DNA from: Parcubacteria group bacterium Gr01-1014_17 | GTDB taxonomy: Bacteria > Patescibacteriota > Minisyncoccia > Phycocordibacterales > UBA10002 | Direction of reading: 5' to 3' | DNA: 64,000 bases | Assembly: GCA_007376285.1 (NCBI GenBank) | Contig: VMFZ01000001.1 | Coordinates: forward strand, 11,033 to 75,032 | Shown here: in pieces, positions 28,472 to 37,530 of the stretch | How the letters are laid out: every line of letters starts with the position of its first letter | Position numbering within the stretch: the first letter of the stretch is position 1 | Notes under the pieces: generated by a model | What the model was told of the DNA's origin: nothing | The model's database searches: none | Seen by the model: the letters and a program-made list of their open reading frames with translations, nothing else | Position numbers and translations under genes: made by a program

Positions 28472-29161
28472 ACAAACAATATAAATGAAAATGGACATTC
28501 CGTTTCGCCTCTTACAAAAGAAGACGCACAGCAAATTATTGACGCGCGAATTGAACATATAAATGCGGAATTTAAAGTCGCGTTTGAGTTGATTAAAAAT
28601 TATCCGCGTTCTGTATCCATATTCGGTTCTGCGCGAGTGGAAGAAGAGAATCCGCACTATGAACGGGCGCGGGCGCTTGCGGCGCGCATTGTGAAAGACC
28701 TCGGCTACGCGGTTATTACTGGAGGAGGCGGAGGTATTATGGAAGCAGCCAACCGTGGTGCGCGCGAGGTTGGCGGACAGTCAGTCGGGTTAAATATCCG
28801 GCTTCCGAAAGAACAGCAGAAAAACGACTATACGACCGACAGTATGGAATTTTCGTATTTTTTCGTGCGCAAAGTCGCGCTTTCGTTTGCCGCCGAAGCG
28901 TACATCTTTTTTCCAGGTGGTTTTGGAACCTTAGATGAGTTTTTCGAAATTCTGACACTCATACAAACGCACAAAATCAGACGCGTACCTATTATCCTTG
29001 TAGGCCGCGATTATTGGGAAGAACTGAACGATTTTCTTTTTAGAAATGCATACCGCACTGAACACGCGATTAGCAAAGAAGATATGGACCTCTACAAAAT
29101 CACCGACGACGATAACGAAATCATTGAAATAATCAAAAAAGTACCGATTAAACAAGGGTGA
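28469..29161 (+). CDS. LOG-family (TIGR00730) cytokinin riboside 5'-monophosphate phosphoribohydrolase-like protein
   Basis: SVSIFGSAR, GGGGGIMEAANRGA and PGGFGTLDE motifs; start at Met29 of the ORF. Confidence 0.85.
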   Translation: MTNNINENGHSVSPLTKEDAQQIIDARIEHINAEFKVAFELIKNYPRSVSIFGSARVEEENPHYERARALAARIVKDLGYAVITGGGGGIMEAANRGAREVGGQSVGLNIRLPKEQQKNDYTTDSMEFSYFFVRKVALSFAAEAYIFFPGGFGTLDEFFEILTLIQTHKIRRVPIILVGRDYWEELNDFLFRNAYRTEHAISKEDMDLYKITDDDNEIIEIIKKVPIKQG

Positions 29162-29164
29162 TAT

Positions 29165-30064
29165 TCAAAACTCCAGCGTCCGCAATACCTCTGCGTCCAC
29201 GACGGACCATTCTGCTTCGCGTATCGCTCCGTAAAAACGGACGATATCGCCCGCCACAAAGCGCTGGAGCGTCGTCTTTGCTTTATCCTTCCGCAGTATA
29301 AGCGTTTTCTCAGGAAGATATACCGTAAATTCTTTTCCATTCACCACTACTGCCGCAACAGTCGGGAGCGTAACGCTATCAAGCCGAGTGAGCTTTCCCT
29401 CAAAATTGCGTGACGAAAACTTTTGCTTATCTTGAAAGATTTTTACAGAGTCCGCAGAAAGGGAGCGGTCCAAATGGTTATACACACCAGTGGTTTCAAG
29501 AACGCGGTCGCCGAGCGCAATCGCAGAAGGTGGAATGGCTACGATTCCGCGAATGACGGTTGAGGTCGCTTTCGGTTTTATAAAGACCGTGCTCCCGTCT
29601 CCAATTTGTAAAATAAACGCGCCGCTTTGGTCGGGCGCAGACGCTACGGTTCCAGCAAACGAAGAACCTTCGGTGGATACCGACCAATTTTTTATGGATT
29701 TTGCGTCTACGCCAAGAGAATCAGAACTCCCGTTAAAAACCCCTTCAACACTGATAAAATGCCCGAGTGCAAATTGAGCAAGTACGATGGGGTTTCCAAA
29801 CCGATGCTTAAGCGATGTTTTAGCATCCGTGCGAATAATCCAGCGCACAGGAAGCATTCCCCAATGTTGAGAAGCAAAAATAGTTGAACCAGTAATTTGG
29901 GTGATGCGCGCGCCTTCCACAATCGTATCTCCGTTTTCTTCAATAGTGAGAGCAAGCGGCGCACCGACTGTTTTAGGTGATGGAATCTCCGGCGCAAGTG
30001 CATAGGCGCTGTATCCTACACAGAAAATAATCGCCAAAGCAAAAAGAAAACCGGCTATTTTCAT
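29165..30064 (-). CDS. secreted or lipoprotein-like hypothetical protein with repeated beta-rich modules
   Basis: signal peptide MKIAGFLFALAIIFCVGYSAYA; no recognised catalytic motif. Confidence 0.5.
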   Translation of the reverse strand: MKIAGFLFALAIIFCVGYSAYALAPEIPSPKTVGAPLALTIEENGDTIVEGARITQITGSTIFASQHWGMLPVRWIIRTDAKTSLKHRFGNPIVLAQFALGHFISVEGVFNGSSDSLGVDAKSIKNWSVSTEGSSFAGTVASAPDQSGAFILQIGDGSTVFIKPKATSTVIRGIVAIPPSAIALGDRVLETTGVYNHLDRSLSADSVKIFQDKQKFSSRNFEGKLTRLDSVTLPTVAAVVVNGKEFTVYLPEKTLILRKDKAKTTLQRFVAGDIVRFYGAIREAEWSVVDAEVLRTLEF

Positions 30065-30129
30065 ACAGAAAGGTATAGCACAGTGTAGAAAAAACACCAG
30101 AGGCGGGATACCACTCTGGTGTTAGTTGT

Positions 30130-30552
30130 TTATTGACGCGCCGACAAGAATTTTTCTGTCTTCAGTCGTAGCGAATTCATAAACACAGAAATTTCCGCAA
30201 TTTCTCTCGCGGAAATCTTTGGAGAATATTCTGGATTCTGTCCGTTGCGCCGAAGAATTGAAATATCACTATTCACGAGCGTGAACGAGAAACCTCCCTC
30301 GTTCCGCACACGAGGAATAAATTCAATTTCTTCAACAACAATTTTCTTACCGGCTTTTCCTTTCTCCCTATCGTACGATAATGTTCCTAAAGCATTCTCT
30401 ATAATCACGCCGAAACTTCCATCATTGGACAATGTGGAACATACCCCCTCGCGCATGTTCCCATCAAGGAACCTCAAAAGGTCTTTGAAAAACGGCTCCG
30501 GCTTAAAAAATGAAAAATGCTCCTGCAACCACAGCGCAATGCGACTATTCAT
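30130..30552 (-). CDS. hypothetical protein
   Basis: 140-aa ORF with correct spacing; no recognisable domain. Confidence 0.4.
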   Translation of the reverse strand: MNSRIALWLQEHFSFFKPEPFFKDLLRFLDGNMREGVCSTLSNDGSFGVIIENALGTLSYDREKGKAGKKIVVEEIEFIPRVRNEGGFSFTLVNSDISILRRNGQNPEYSPKISAREIAEISVFMNSLRLKTEKFLSARQ

Positions 30553-30628
30553 CTTTTTGTCCTTTCTTTATCAAACGAACAAACTGTTTTCCGCCACCTA
30601 TACTACGCCTGTTTTATAGAAAAATCAA

Positions 30629-30699
30629 CTGGGGGACTTGGAATCGAACCAAGATACTGGGCTTCAAAGGCCCATGTCCTACCGTTAGACGATCCCCCA
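30629..30699 (-). tRNA. tRNA-Gln (anticodon UUG)
   Basis: UGGGGGAUCG...anticodon loop CUUUGAA...UUCGAUU T-loop, U1:A72 and G73 as in bacterial tRNA-Gln; close match to E. coli tRNA-Gln. Confidence 0.85.
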
Positions 30700-30713
30700 A
30701 TACATCCAAAATA

Positions 30714-31766
30714 TCATTTATTTTGAGTATCGCAAAGTTTGATGATTGCCAATTCAATGGGAAGGTGTGGAAGGTGCGAGCGGCCGATGAGGTCATAGTA
30801 TTCAAGAAAAGTAAGAAGTGTCTGCGAAGTAAGCCCGCTTGCGGGAATCTTTTTCAGAAACGCAAAGTCGGCTTCGGAAAGTTCGCGCGAGATTTCTTTT
30901 TCCATATCCGGCGCGATGCGCAAGAGAAGCGCGAAGCGCATTTTTTGCAAAATAAGCTTCGCAAACACTTTCATATCGGTATGCGCCTCCGTCGCTTCTA
31001 CGACTGCCGACAACCCATCCTCCGCATTACGTTCAACAAGCGCCGCAATCACGCGGTTCGCAAGCTCACCTTTGGGCGCGCCGGTCACGCGAAGCACTTC
31101 TTCTTCTGAAATCTTTTTATCAGCAGAAATGGAAATTACTTTCTGCAAAATGCCGTACGCATCGCGGAACGAGCCGTCTCCCAAAAGCGCAATGAGTTCT
31201 GCTGACGCATGGCTCATCTCGTACCCTTCTCTCTTTCCGGCGCGGGCGATAATTTCGGCAAGCGTCTTCTGGCTCGGCTTCCGAAACGAGTGTAGCTCAC
31301 AGCGGGAAATAATGGTTTCCGGCACTTTATCAAGCTCGGTTGTTGCAAGAATAAAAACAACATGCGCGGGCGGCTCTTCCAATGTCTTGAGAAGCGCGTT
31401 AAACGCTTCTTTGGTAAGCATGTGCACTTCATCAAGAATGTAGACCTTGTAAGGCGATTCAAACGGAAGCGAGAGCACCGTCTCACGAAGCTCGCGCGCG
31501 TCTTCAATCTTGCGGCTGGACGCCGCGTCAATTTCTTGCAAATCAATATCGGCAGTTTTAAGAGAATGTGCGAGAATTCTTGCGACTGATGTTTTCCCAG
31601 TCCCGCGCGCGCCGGCAAACAGGTACGCGTGCGAAACTCTACCAAGCGCCAAAGCGCCAGTGAGCGCTTCCACTACATGCTCTTGCCCTACCACTTCGTT
31701 CCACTTTTGCGGACGGTATTTCCGATACAGCGCGGAAAATGATTCTTGCTTTTCTTTTGAATTCAT
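30714..31766 (-). CDS. dnaX: DNA polymerase III subunit gamma/tau
   Basis: YRKYRPQKWNEVVGQEHVV..GARGTGKTS Walker A, SRC motif; start at Met45 (ATGAATTCAAAAGAA). Confidence 0.9.
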   Translation of the reverse strand: MNSKEKQESFSALYRKYRPQKWNEVVGQEHVVEALTGALALGRVSHAYLFAGARGTGKTSVARILAHSLKTADIDLQEIDAASSRKIEDARELRETVLSLPFESPYKVYILDEVHMLTKEAFNALLKTLEEPPAHVVFILATTELDKVPETIISRCELHSFRKPSQKTLAEIIARAGKREGYEMSHASAELIALLGDGSFRDAYGILQKVISISADKKISEEEVLRVTGAPKGELANRVIAALVERNAEDGLSAVVEATEAHTDMKVFAKLILQKMRFALLLRIAPDMEKEISRELSEADFAFLKKIPASGLTSQTLLTFLEYYDLIGRSHLPHLPIELAIIKLCDTQNK

Positions 31767-31788
31767 ACAGAAAGAATAACACAGAAAA

Positions 31789-31856
31789 GACACCCGATGT
31801 CTGCCCGCCCGTACCGAATGGTACATTCGGGCGGGCAATTTAGACATCGGGTGTCG
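31789..31856. repeat. 68-bp palindrome ACACCCGATGTCTGCCCGCCCGTACCGAATGGTACATTCGGGCGGGCA..AGACATCGGGTGT in the dnaX upstream region
   Basis: nested inverted repeats read in the sequence. Confidence 0.7.
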
Positions 31857-31945
31857 GATTACCCCAAAACTTGACAGTGTATTTTTTGCATGTATCATCT
31901 GTAGTAGAACAGTAAAATAATATAGAAACGATGCGAAGGAGTATC

Positions 31946-32383
31946 ATGAGTAATCCGTTTGAGAAAATAAAAGAGAAAAACGCACAGTTTCCGCAAATTC
32001 GCAAACAAGCAGAAGCTCGTTATGACGAACTTGTAATGAGTGTGCTCCGCGAACTCCGAAATGCACTTTATCCTCATAGCCCCACAGTATCTAGTCCAGT
32101 AAGTGGGCTTTTGGGAGTTGGAGGGGATGTGGAGGTTTTTTCTGGATGGCACATTTGTGGATATTTTCCCCAACATCCTGACCCGAGCAAGCCGTGGGAG
32201 AACCCTCCCCGCGGTGTCAATACAGGCGTGTCTGTCTCTTTGATTTTTGACTCAAATAATTGCCCAACCAGCTTTTTGTGTACTATTTCGCAAGACTGGT
32301 TCTATGAACCATCAAAAAGTGGGCGGACGCGCGGTCTAACGCGCCACGAGTTGACTGAAGTTCTTGCACGAATGCATTCCTAG
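31946..32383 (+). CDS. hypothetical protein (145 aa)
   Basis: AGGAG Shine-Dalgarno 8 nt upstream of the ATG; Rho-independent terminator follows. Confidence 0.5.
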   Translation: MSNPFEKIKEKNAQFPQIRKQAEARYDELVMSVLRELRNALYPHSPTVSSPVSGLLGVGGDVEVFSGWHICGYFPQHPDPSKPWENPPRGVNTGVSVSLIFDSNNCPTSFLCTISQDWFYEPSKSGRTRGLTRHELTEVLARMHS

Positions 32384-32401
32384 CTGTGTCATTTAAATCT
32401 T

Positions 32402-32440
32402 CCCGCGACTTGAAATATAGTCGCGGGTTTTCTTTTTTTC
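32402..32440 (+). terminator. Rho-independent terminator CCCGCGACTTGAAATATAGTCGCGGG + TTTTCTTTTTTT
   Basis: perfect 8-bp stem plus T-run. Confidence 0.7.
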
Positions 32441-32830
32441 CGCTTTTATACAAACATTTTGCCCTCCTCATCGGCGGGCAAGCAAAATGACTGGATACAC
32501 TATCTTTGGCGGTCGCAAAGTTTAGTGTATATAGAAAGTTCTACCATACTACAAAGTATGAGAGAAGAAATTAGAGCGAACGAAACTCGTTGAGGCGCGC
32601 AGGTTTGCAAACATGGGTAAGGCACGAAGCGAAATGCTTTTTCAAAATGTCTGGAGCGAGTGGTCGCATTGCAGCGACCCGAGCGTTACCGAGGACTTTT
32701 GTAAAAAGCATTTTGCGGAGTGTCTTCCTTTCAATGCGCGCCGAGAAAGAGTTCTAAGAGACACCAGATGTTTGCCATCTATCCCGCCTCATCGGCGGGT
32801 CGCCGAGGAGGAGACAACATCTGGTGTCAA
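32440..32830. repeat. mosaic repeat island A with four modules: ATTTTGCC..GGCAAAAT hairpin (32456-32488), ACACTATCTTTGGCG..AGTGT (32497-32528), AGAGCGAACGAAACTCGTTGAGGCGCGCAGGTTTG (32573-32607), family-H palindrome (32761-32828)
   Basis: modules shared in the same order and orientation with island B (37100-37530) and partly with 59604-59660. Confidence 0.7.
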
Positions 32831-35316
32831 CTATGCAACTCCTCGGGCGAGAGTTCTACGCGCGAGCCGGGGCGGATTTCGCCGCGCAGGATCTTATCAG
32901 CAATCGCGCGCTCTACGCTGTCGTTTATAGCGCGTTGCATCGCGCGCGCGCCGAATTGCGGGTCGGCACCAGCTTCCGCCACAAAATCAACTAACCGTTG
33001 GGTCGGCACAAACATCACGCCGCGCTCGCTCAAGCGCTTCGCAAGTTTCTGGAGCATAAGAACTGCGACCGCGCGCAAGTTCTTGCCCGTAAGCGGTTGG
33101 AACAAAACCACTCCGTCAAAACGGTTCAGAAGCTCCGGCGTAAAGGACCCGCGTTCCACGAGCGCGTCAGTAATACGCTTCTTTTCGTCCGACAAATCAT
33201 TCCCTTGCCGCACCGCGTTCCAGATAAGGTCGCTCCCTGCGTTTGAAGTCGCGATAATTAAAAGATTCCGGCAATTCACGCGCTTGCCAGCAGCGTCCGT
33301 GAAAAACCCTTCGTCAAGCACCTGCAAAAACAAATGCCGGATTTCCACGGTCGTTTTCTCAAACTCATCCAGAAGCAAAACGCCGTAGGGTTTTTCGCGT
33401 AGAAGCGAAGCAAGCACACCCGGCTTCCCCGCCGTAAACGAACCAATGAGCCGTTCGAGCGCATCCGCGGTCTGGTATTCCGATAAATCAAGCCGATGCG
33501 TCGCATCTTCGCTTCCGAAAAATGAGGATGCGAGCGCTTTTGCGGTTTCTGTTTTGCCGACACCAGTCGGGCCCAAAAAGAGGAACGAGCCAAACGGGCG
33601 ATTCGGGTTCGCAATCCCAGAACGCGCGCGGCGCAAAGCCGCCGCGACAGTTGCAAGCGCCTCGTCTTGCCCAACCACGCGCGCGCGAAGCGCGCTTTCA
33701 AGCGTAAGGAGCGTCGCGCGTTCGGATTCCTTAAGCGCCCCGACTGGTACTCCCGTTCGCTTTTCAACCACCGACAAAACATCTGAAGGGAGTACCGCAA
33801 TCCGTTTCGCCTTTTTCACGGCGCTCGCGGCTTCGTACAATACATCAACTGCTTTATCCAAAAGCGATTCGCCCATAAAATATCGCGCGCTTGCTTTCAC
33901 CGCCGCTTCAACTGCCGGAAAGGTGAAAAACAATTTGCTTCCCGCCTCAATCCGCACCGCTTCGTCTTCAAGGTACGGCAACACTGCGCGTTCGTCTGGC
34001 GCCGGTACCAAAATCCGCTCAAAGCGCTTCATCAGTTCCGCATTTGGTTCAATGGTGCGATGAAAAGCGCCGGTCTCCGCAAGCGCAATGAGCTGAATGC
34101 GCGTGGATGCGAGAAACTCGTCCAAAAGGCGCCCAGCATCGCTCCCAAGTGTCGCTGCGCTTTCTAAAAACGCCGGAAAATCCGGAAGCACGACAATCAA
34201 ATTACCCGCCGATTCAATTTCTTTAAACAAACGGAGTAGCTCGCTTTCAAACGCAATTTTTGTCTTTGTTTCTGCGATAAAAGAATTTGTGTCAAAAAGT
34301 ATAAGCCGTTTATGCTCTAATTGCGGAAGCACGGAGCCATCCCGAATGCGTGAGAGAACAAACGCAATGGCAGCTTCGCGCGGAGAACCAGCATCACCCA
34401 CCAAAAGCGCGTTCGCCTCGCGTACGCGAGAAAGCACCGCTTCCGCTTGTTCTCCGGCGCCCGCCGCAAGGAGCGCTTCTGCGGAAGACACGCGCGCAAA
34501 CGCAGGGATTTGCGCAATATCCTTGCCGTAACGCGACAATCGCCACGCCGAGCCGTACGCCCAGTCCTTGCCGATGCCTTGAATCCTCCCCAGCCGTTCG
34601 CGACCCAATGCGCGTGCCCCGCGGCGCATATTTACCAAGCAGCGCTCCACCCACCCAGCTGCTTCGGCTGCGACTCCTGCAGATACGCTCTGTTCAGCAA
34701 GAAAAAGCGCAGCATCTTGGTCAACAGAAAAAATTGCCATTACGATGTCAGAAAGAGAAATGGGCGCGCCGTTCCGCGCTGAAACAGAAAGCGAATCCGA
34801 TGTAAGAGAGTGCCGCGGTTTATTTACAAACGCGCGCACTGCCGCACTGGAAATGCCGAGCCGCAAGAAAATCTGCTTGCCTAAAAAACTCTTGGAAAAG
34901 CTTCTGAATATATCCGCACCGGAAATCTCCGACACTGAAACAGCCGCGTCAAAAGAAATAAGAAGCGGTTCTCTTTTCCAAAACGGTTCGCGGAGCAAGA
35001 GCGGAAACCCGCGGCACGCGGAAGAGTAGTAGCAGGCATTCACAGAAAACAACGCAAGATACAGCGCAAGCGCAATATAAAATAAACCAGGAACGAACTG
35101 GAGCAGTGCGAGAAGTCCTGAGGAAACAGAAAGACGCTCCGCAAACGAGGGGCTCGCGGTGAAGATTGAAAATAGAAGTGCACCGCACAGAAAGATAACA
35201 ACAAGAAAGCCAAGTGAGCGCGCAAGCCGCAACCGTTTCGGCAAGGGCAGAAACCGTTCAATCAAAACCCCCAACTTAAAAACTGAAGTAGATTGTTGTA
35301 GTTCTTGAAATGTCAT
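32827..35316 (-). CDS. membrane-anchored ClpA/ClpB-family AAA+ ATPase with degenerate D1 and intact D2
   Basis: N-terminal about 100 aa with 2 TM helices; D1 keeps only its C-terminal half (no Walker A); D2 has Walker A GPTGVGKT, Walker B LLLDEFEK and a sensor-2 region. Family-H palindromes flank both ends of the gene. Confidence 0.7.
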   Translation of the reverse strand: MTFQELQQSTSVFKLGVLIERFLPLPKRLRLARSLGFLVVIFLCGALLFSIFTASPSFAERLSVSSGLLALLQFVPGLFYIALALYLALFSVNACYYSSACRGFPLLLREPFWKREPLLISFDAAVSVSEISGADIFRSFSKSFLGKQIFLRLGISSAAVRAFVNKPRHSLTSDSLSVSARNGAPISLSDIVMAIFSVDQDAALFLAEQSVSAGVAAEAAGWVERCLVNMRRGARALGRERLGRIQGIGKDWAYGSAWRLSRYGKDIAQIPAFARVSSAEALLAAGAGEQAEAVLSRVREANALLVGDAGSPREAAIAFVLSRIRDGSVLPQLEHKRLILFDTNSFIAETKTKIAFESELLRLFKEIESAGNLIVVLPDFPAFLESAATLGSDAGRLLDEFLASTRIQLIALAETGAFHRTIEPNAELMKRFERILVPAPDERAVLPYLEDEAVRIEAGSKLFFTFPAVEAAVKASARYFMGESLLDKAVDVLYEAASAVKKAKRIAVLPSDVLSVVEKRTGVPVGALKESERATLLTLESALRARVVGQDEALATVAAALRRARSGIANPNRPFGSFLFLGPTGVGKTETAKALASSFFGSEDATHRLDLSEYQTADALERLIGSFTAGKPGVLASLLREKPYGVLLLDEFEKTTVEIRHLFLQVLDEGFFTDAAGKRVNCRNLLIIATSNAGSDLIWNAVRQGNDLSDEKKRITDALVERGSFTPELLNRFDGVVLFQPLTGKNLRAVAVLMLQKLAKRLSERGVMFVPTQRLVDFVAEAGADPQFGARAMQRAINDSVERAIADKILRGEIRPGSRVELSPEELHS

Positions 35317-35327
35317 ATTTATTCTCT

Positions 35328-35396
35328 GGCGCCCGATGTTTGCCGCCTATCCCGCCTCATCGGCGGGTCGCCGAGGAGGAGACAACATCGGGTGCC
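35328..35396. repeat. family-H palindrome immediately upstream of the ClpA/B-like start codon
   Basis: GGCGCCCGATGTTTGCCGCCTATCCCGCCTCATCGGCGGGTCGCCGAGGAGGAGACAACATCGGGTGCC. Confidence 0.7.
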
Positions 35397-35398
35397 TC

Positions 35399-35764
35399 TT
35401 ACAATGCACGGACACCAATAATAATCAGAAACACAATCACGAACGGCAACACGAGCCACAGAAGAAGCACGACAAGCGCGGCTAGAAACGCCGCCGCAAA
35501 TGCGAACGCGGCGAGTGCGAATAGCGCGAGCCGCGCAACAATACCGATGGCGCGCATCGCAGCACCGACAATCATGCGCCCGACAAACGACCCTTGCGCT
35601 TCACCGAGCCGCTTCCACGGCACGAAAAATGAGCGCGCGAGAAGCTCTATGGAAAAGAAATGCCAGAGAAACCAAAAGAGATTTGAAACCGCGCGCGCTA
35701 AATCAACTAGCGCCGCGCTGTAGTGCCACAAAATGTACTGCGGCAAAAAAACAACAAAGTTCAT
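35399..35764 (-). CDS. hypothetical polytopic membrane protein
   Basis: hydrophobic 120-aa product; start set at Met33. Confidence 0.4.
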   Translation of the reverse strand: MNFVVFLPQYILWHYSAALVDLARAVSNLFWFLWHFFSIELLARSFFVPWKRLGEAQGSFVGRMIVGAAMRAIGIVARLALFALAAFAFAAAFLAALVVLLLWLVLPFVIVFLIIIGVRAL

Positions 35765-35786
35765 ACCAGAATTATACCACGCGGCG

Positions 35787-36608
35787 CTACCGGCGCTTAA
35801 ATACAACTTGGTCCTTAAAACGAACATCAAAATACTGGAGCGCTGGTGAGACGGAACCACCAGAGATTTTCAGATTCGCGGCAGCGAGTGTTGCCGGCAG
35901 TTCCAAAAAGAGCTCAGGTGTTTTCTGCGAGAGCACAAAGCGCGCTTCGGCGCTGTCTGCAAGCAAGAGCGCAAAATCATTCCCTTCTGCTCGCACCACT
36001 TTTTTAATTGCCAAACCAACTCTTTCTGCAGAGGAAATAATATTGCGAAGCAGAGCAAACTTCTCGAGCGGTAGGTAGCGCGCACCAGAGTCCGCGCCCC
36101 AACCCTCAAACACAAGACGAGACAGCGGCGGCGCATCGCCTTTTGCCTGCGCAAAACCGAAGCCGCTTTCGTCAATAAAAACGCACTCGCCGGCAGAGGG
36201 GCACCACTCCGCAAATGGCTTCCGTTCCGACACGGCGATAATTACCAGAGCACCGCCCCGCATCGCATCAACTGATGCGATGCGGGGCGAAGTTGATGCG
36301 ACCGCGCCTACAAGCACCGTTCGCGGATAAAGTAATTGGTGAGTAAAAGAAAACAAGCGCACACCGACATCAGTAAACGCGCGCGCAACCGCAGCTTCCG
36401 CGCGAAGTTCCTCCACGCGCGCGGAACTGTTTATGCCGACAATAGTAACTTTTCCAATTTGAAACGGCGTGTAAAACGAAAACAACGACAGACCGAAAAA
36501 GAGTAGCGCGAGCGCGGACATACCGAAAAACGCTCGCCACGCAAATCGTCGCATCTTGCTTGGACGGCGTTTGCGTCGTAACCCCTGCAATTCTGCTCGA
36601 TACGGCAT
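35787..36608 (-). CDS. FtsQ/DivIB-like cell-division protein (TM plus POTRA-like domain)
   Basis: single TM followed by IGKVTIVGINSSARVEELRA POTRA-like segment; start at Met49 (ATGCCGTATCGA). Confidence 0.5.
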   Translation of the reverse strand: MPYRAELQGLRRKRRPSKMRRFAWRAFFGMSALALLFFGLSLFSFYTPFQIGKVTIVGINSSARVEELRAEAAVARAFTDVGVRLFSFTHQLLYPRTVLVGAVASTSPRIASVDAMRGGALVIIAVSERKPFAEWCPSAGECVFIDESGFGFAQAKGDAPPLSRLVFEGWGADSGARYLPLEKFALLRNIISSAERVGLAIKKVVRAEGNDFALLLADSAEARFVLSQKTPELFLELPATLAAANLKISGGSVSPALQYFDVRFKDQVVFKRR

Positions 36609-36703
36609 AGAGATAGTATAATATAAAAATAGGAATACTAACGGACTATGGACATATTTATTATTTCGTGTATTATGATTTCTGGATATAAAGAAAGAAT
36701 TAC

Positions 36704-37045
36704 ATGAAAATACAAAGACCTCCGCGGAAAGAGTTTGTTGAGTATCTTGCATCAGAAAATCCTCAAGACATGGGTATTATCTCTCATGTTGGACTCACGC
36801 GTGAAAAAGCCTGTGAAATTTGTGAGTTGCTTTTACGCGAGGGCGAGTGGATGATTGAAGTCGGGCAACGCAGAGAAAAGTTTCTAGCATGGTTGCTAGA
36901 CAAGAAAACCAATGAAATCGTCTGGGTTACTCCACCGATTTTTGACTCGCGTAATCAAGCGAAAAATTATTTGGAAGAATATACCAGTTGGATACAAAAA
37001 GTATACCTTACAAATTGGGTCGCATCTGGTTGTCCCCGTCCTTGA
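36704..37045 (+). CDS. hypothetical protein (113 aa)
   Basis: ORF followed by terminator AAGCCGTTCGCAAGAACGGCTTTTTCTTTT (37058-37090). Confidence 0.45.
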   Translation: MKIQRPPRKEFVEYLASENPQDMGIISHVGLTREKACEICELLLREGEWMIEVGQRREKFLAWLLDKKTNEIVWVTPPIFDSRNQAKNYLEEYTSWIQKVYLTNWVASGCPRP

Positions 37046-37099
37046 GCACTCTTTACCAAGCCGTTCGCAAGAACGGCTTTTTCTTTTGTCTATTCTCTT

Positions 37100-37530
37100 A
37101 TTCTCACGAATTAGTCCATACAAGTATTTTGCCCGCCTCATCGGCGGACAGGCAAAATACTGAAATACACTATCTTTGGCGACCTCTAGAGATAGTATGG
37201 GTATTCGCCTGACTATTCCAACTACTTGCTATAGCAGTTAATTGGAATAGTGAATAGTAATAGTGATAAAAATCACGGAGGCACCAGATGTCTAAATTGC
37301 AGACATCTGGTGCCGAAAAAAGAGCGAGCAAACTCGTTGAGGCGCGCAGGTTTGAGACGCCCTTGCGCAATCTGAAAACACGAAAGCGAGGAAGTACCTA
37401 TGCCGAGACGGCGAGGAGGCGAACGGCCATGGACTCCCGAGCGAAGCGAGGGAGGAGTGAGCCGAGCGGATAAGGCAAAATTCCTCGGAGGGGAATTTTG
37501 CCGGTCTCGGCAGAGGTAGCTTCCGAGCGC
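37100..37530. repeat. mosaic repeat island B: ATTTTGCC hairpin (37126-37158), ACACTATCT element (37167-37197), PaaX-type palindrome copy 3 (37213-37250), GGCACCAGATGTCT hairpin (37280-37314), AGAGCGAGCAAACTCGTTGAGGCGCGCAGGTTTG (37321-37354), GGCAAAATTCCTCGGAGGGGAATTTTGCC hairpin (37474-37502)
   Basis: direct-repeat partner of island A. Confidence 0.7.
37288..37473 (+). CDS. putative 61-aa highly basic small protein (weak resemblance to the ribosomal protein S21 C-terminal half)
   Basis: GGAGG 8 nt upstream of an ATG that lies inside the hairpin arm; K/R-rich; a decayed fragment of the same ORF occurs in island A. Confidence 0.3.
   Translation: MSKLQTSGAEKRASKLVEARRFETPLRNLKTRKRGSTYAETARRRTAMDSRAKRGRSEPSG

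Noticed and set aside
32613-32930. 105-aa ORF, plus similar ORFs at 35310-35723, 46384-46602 and 46469-46873
   Set aside because: They are largely translations of the palindromic repeats (recurrent peptide CLPSIPPHRRVAEEETTSG) and are antisense to or overlapping real genes; treated as non-coding.
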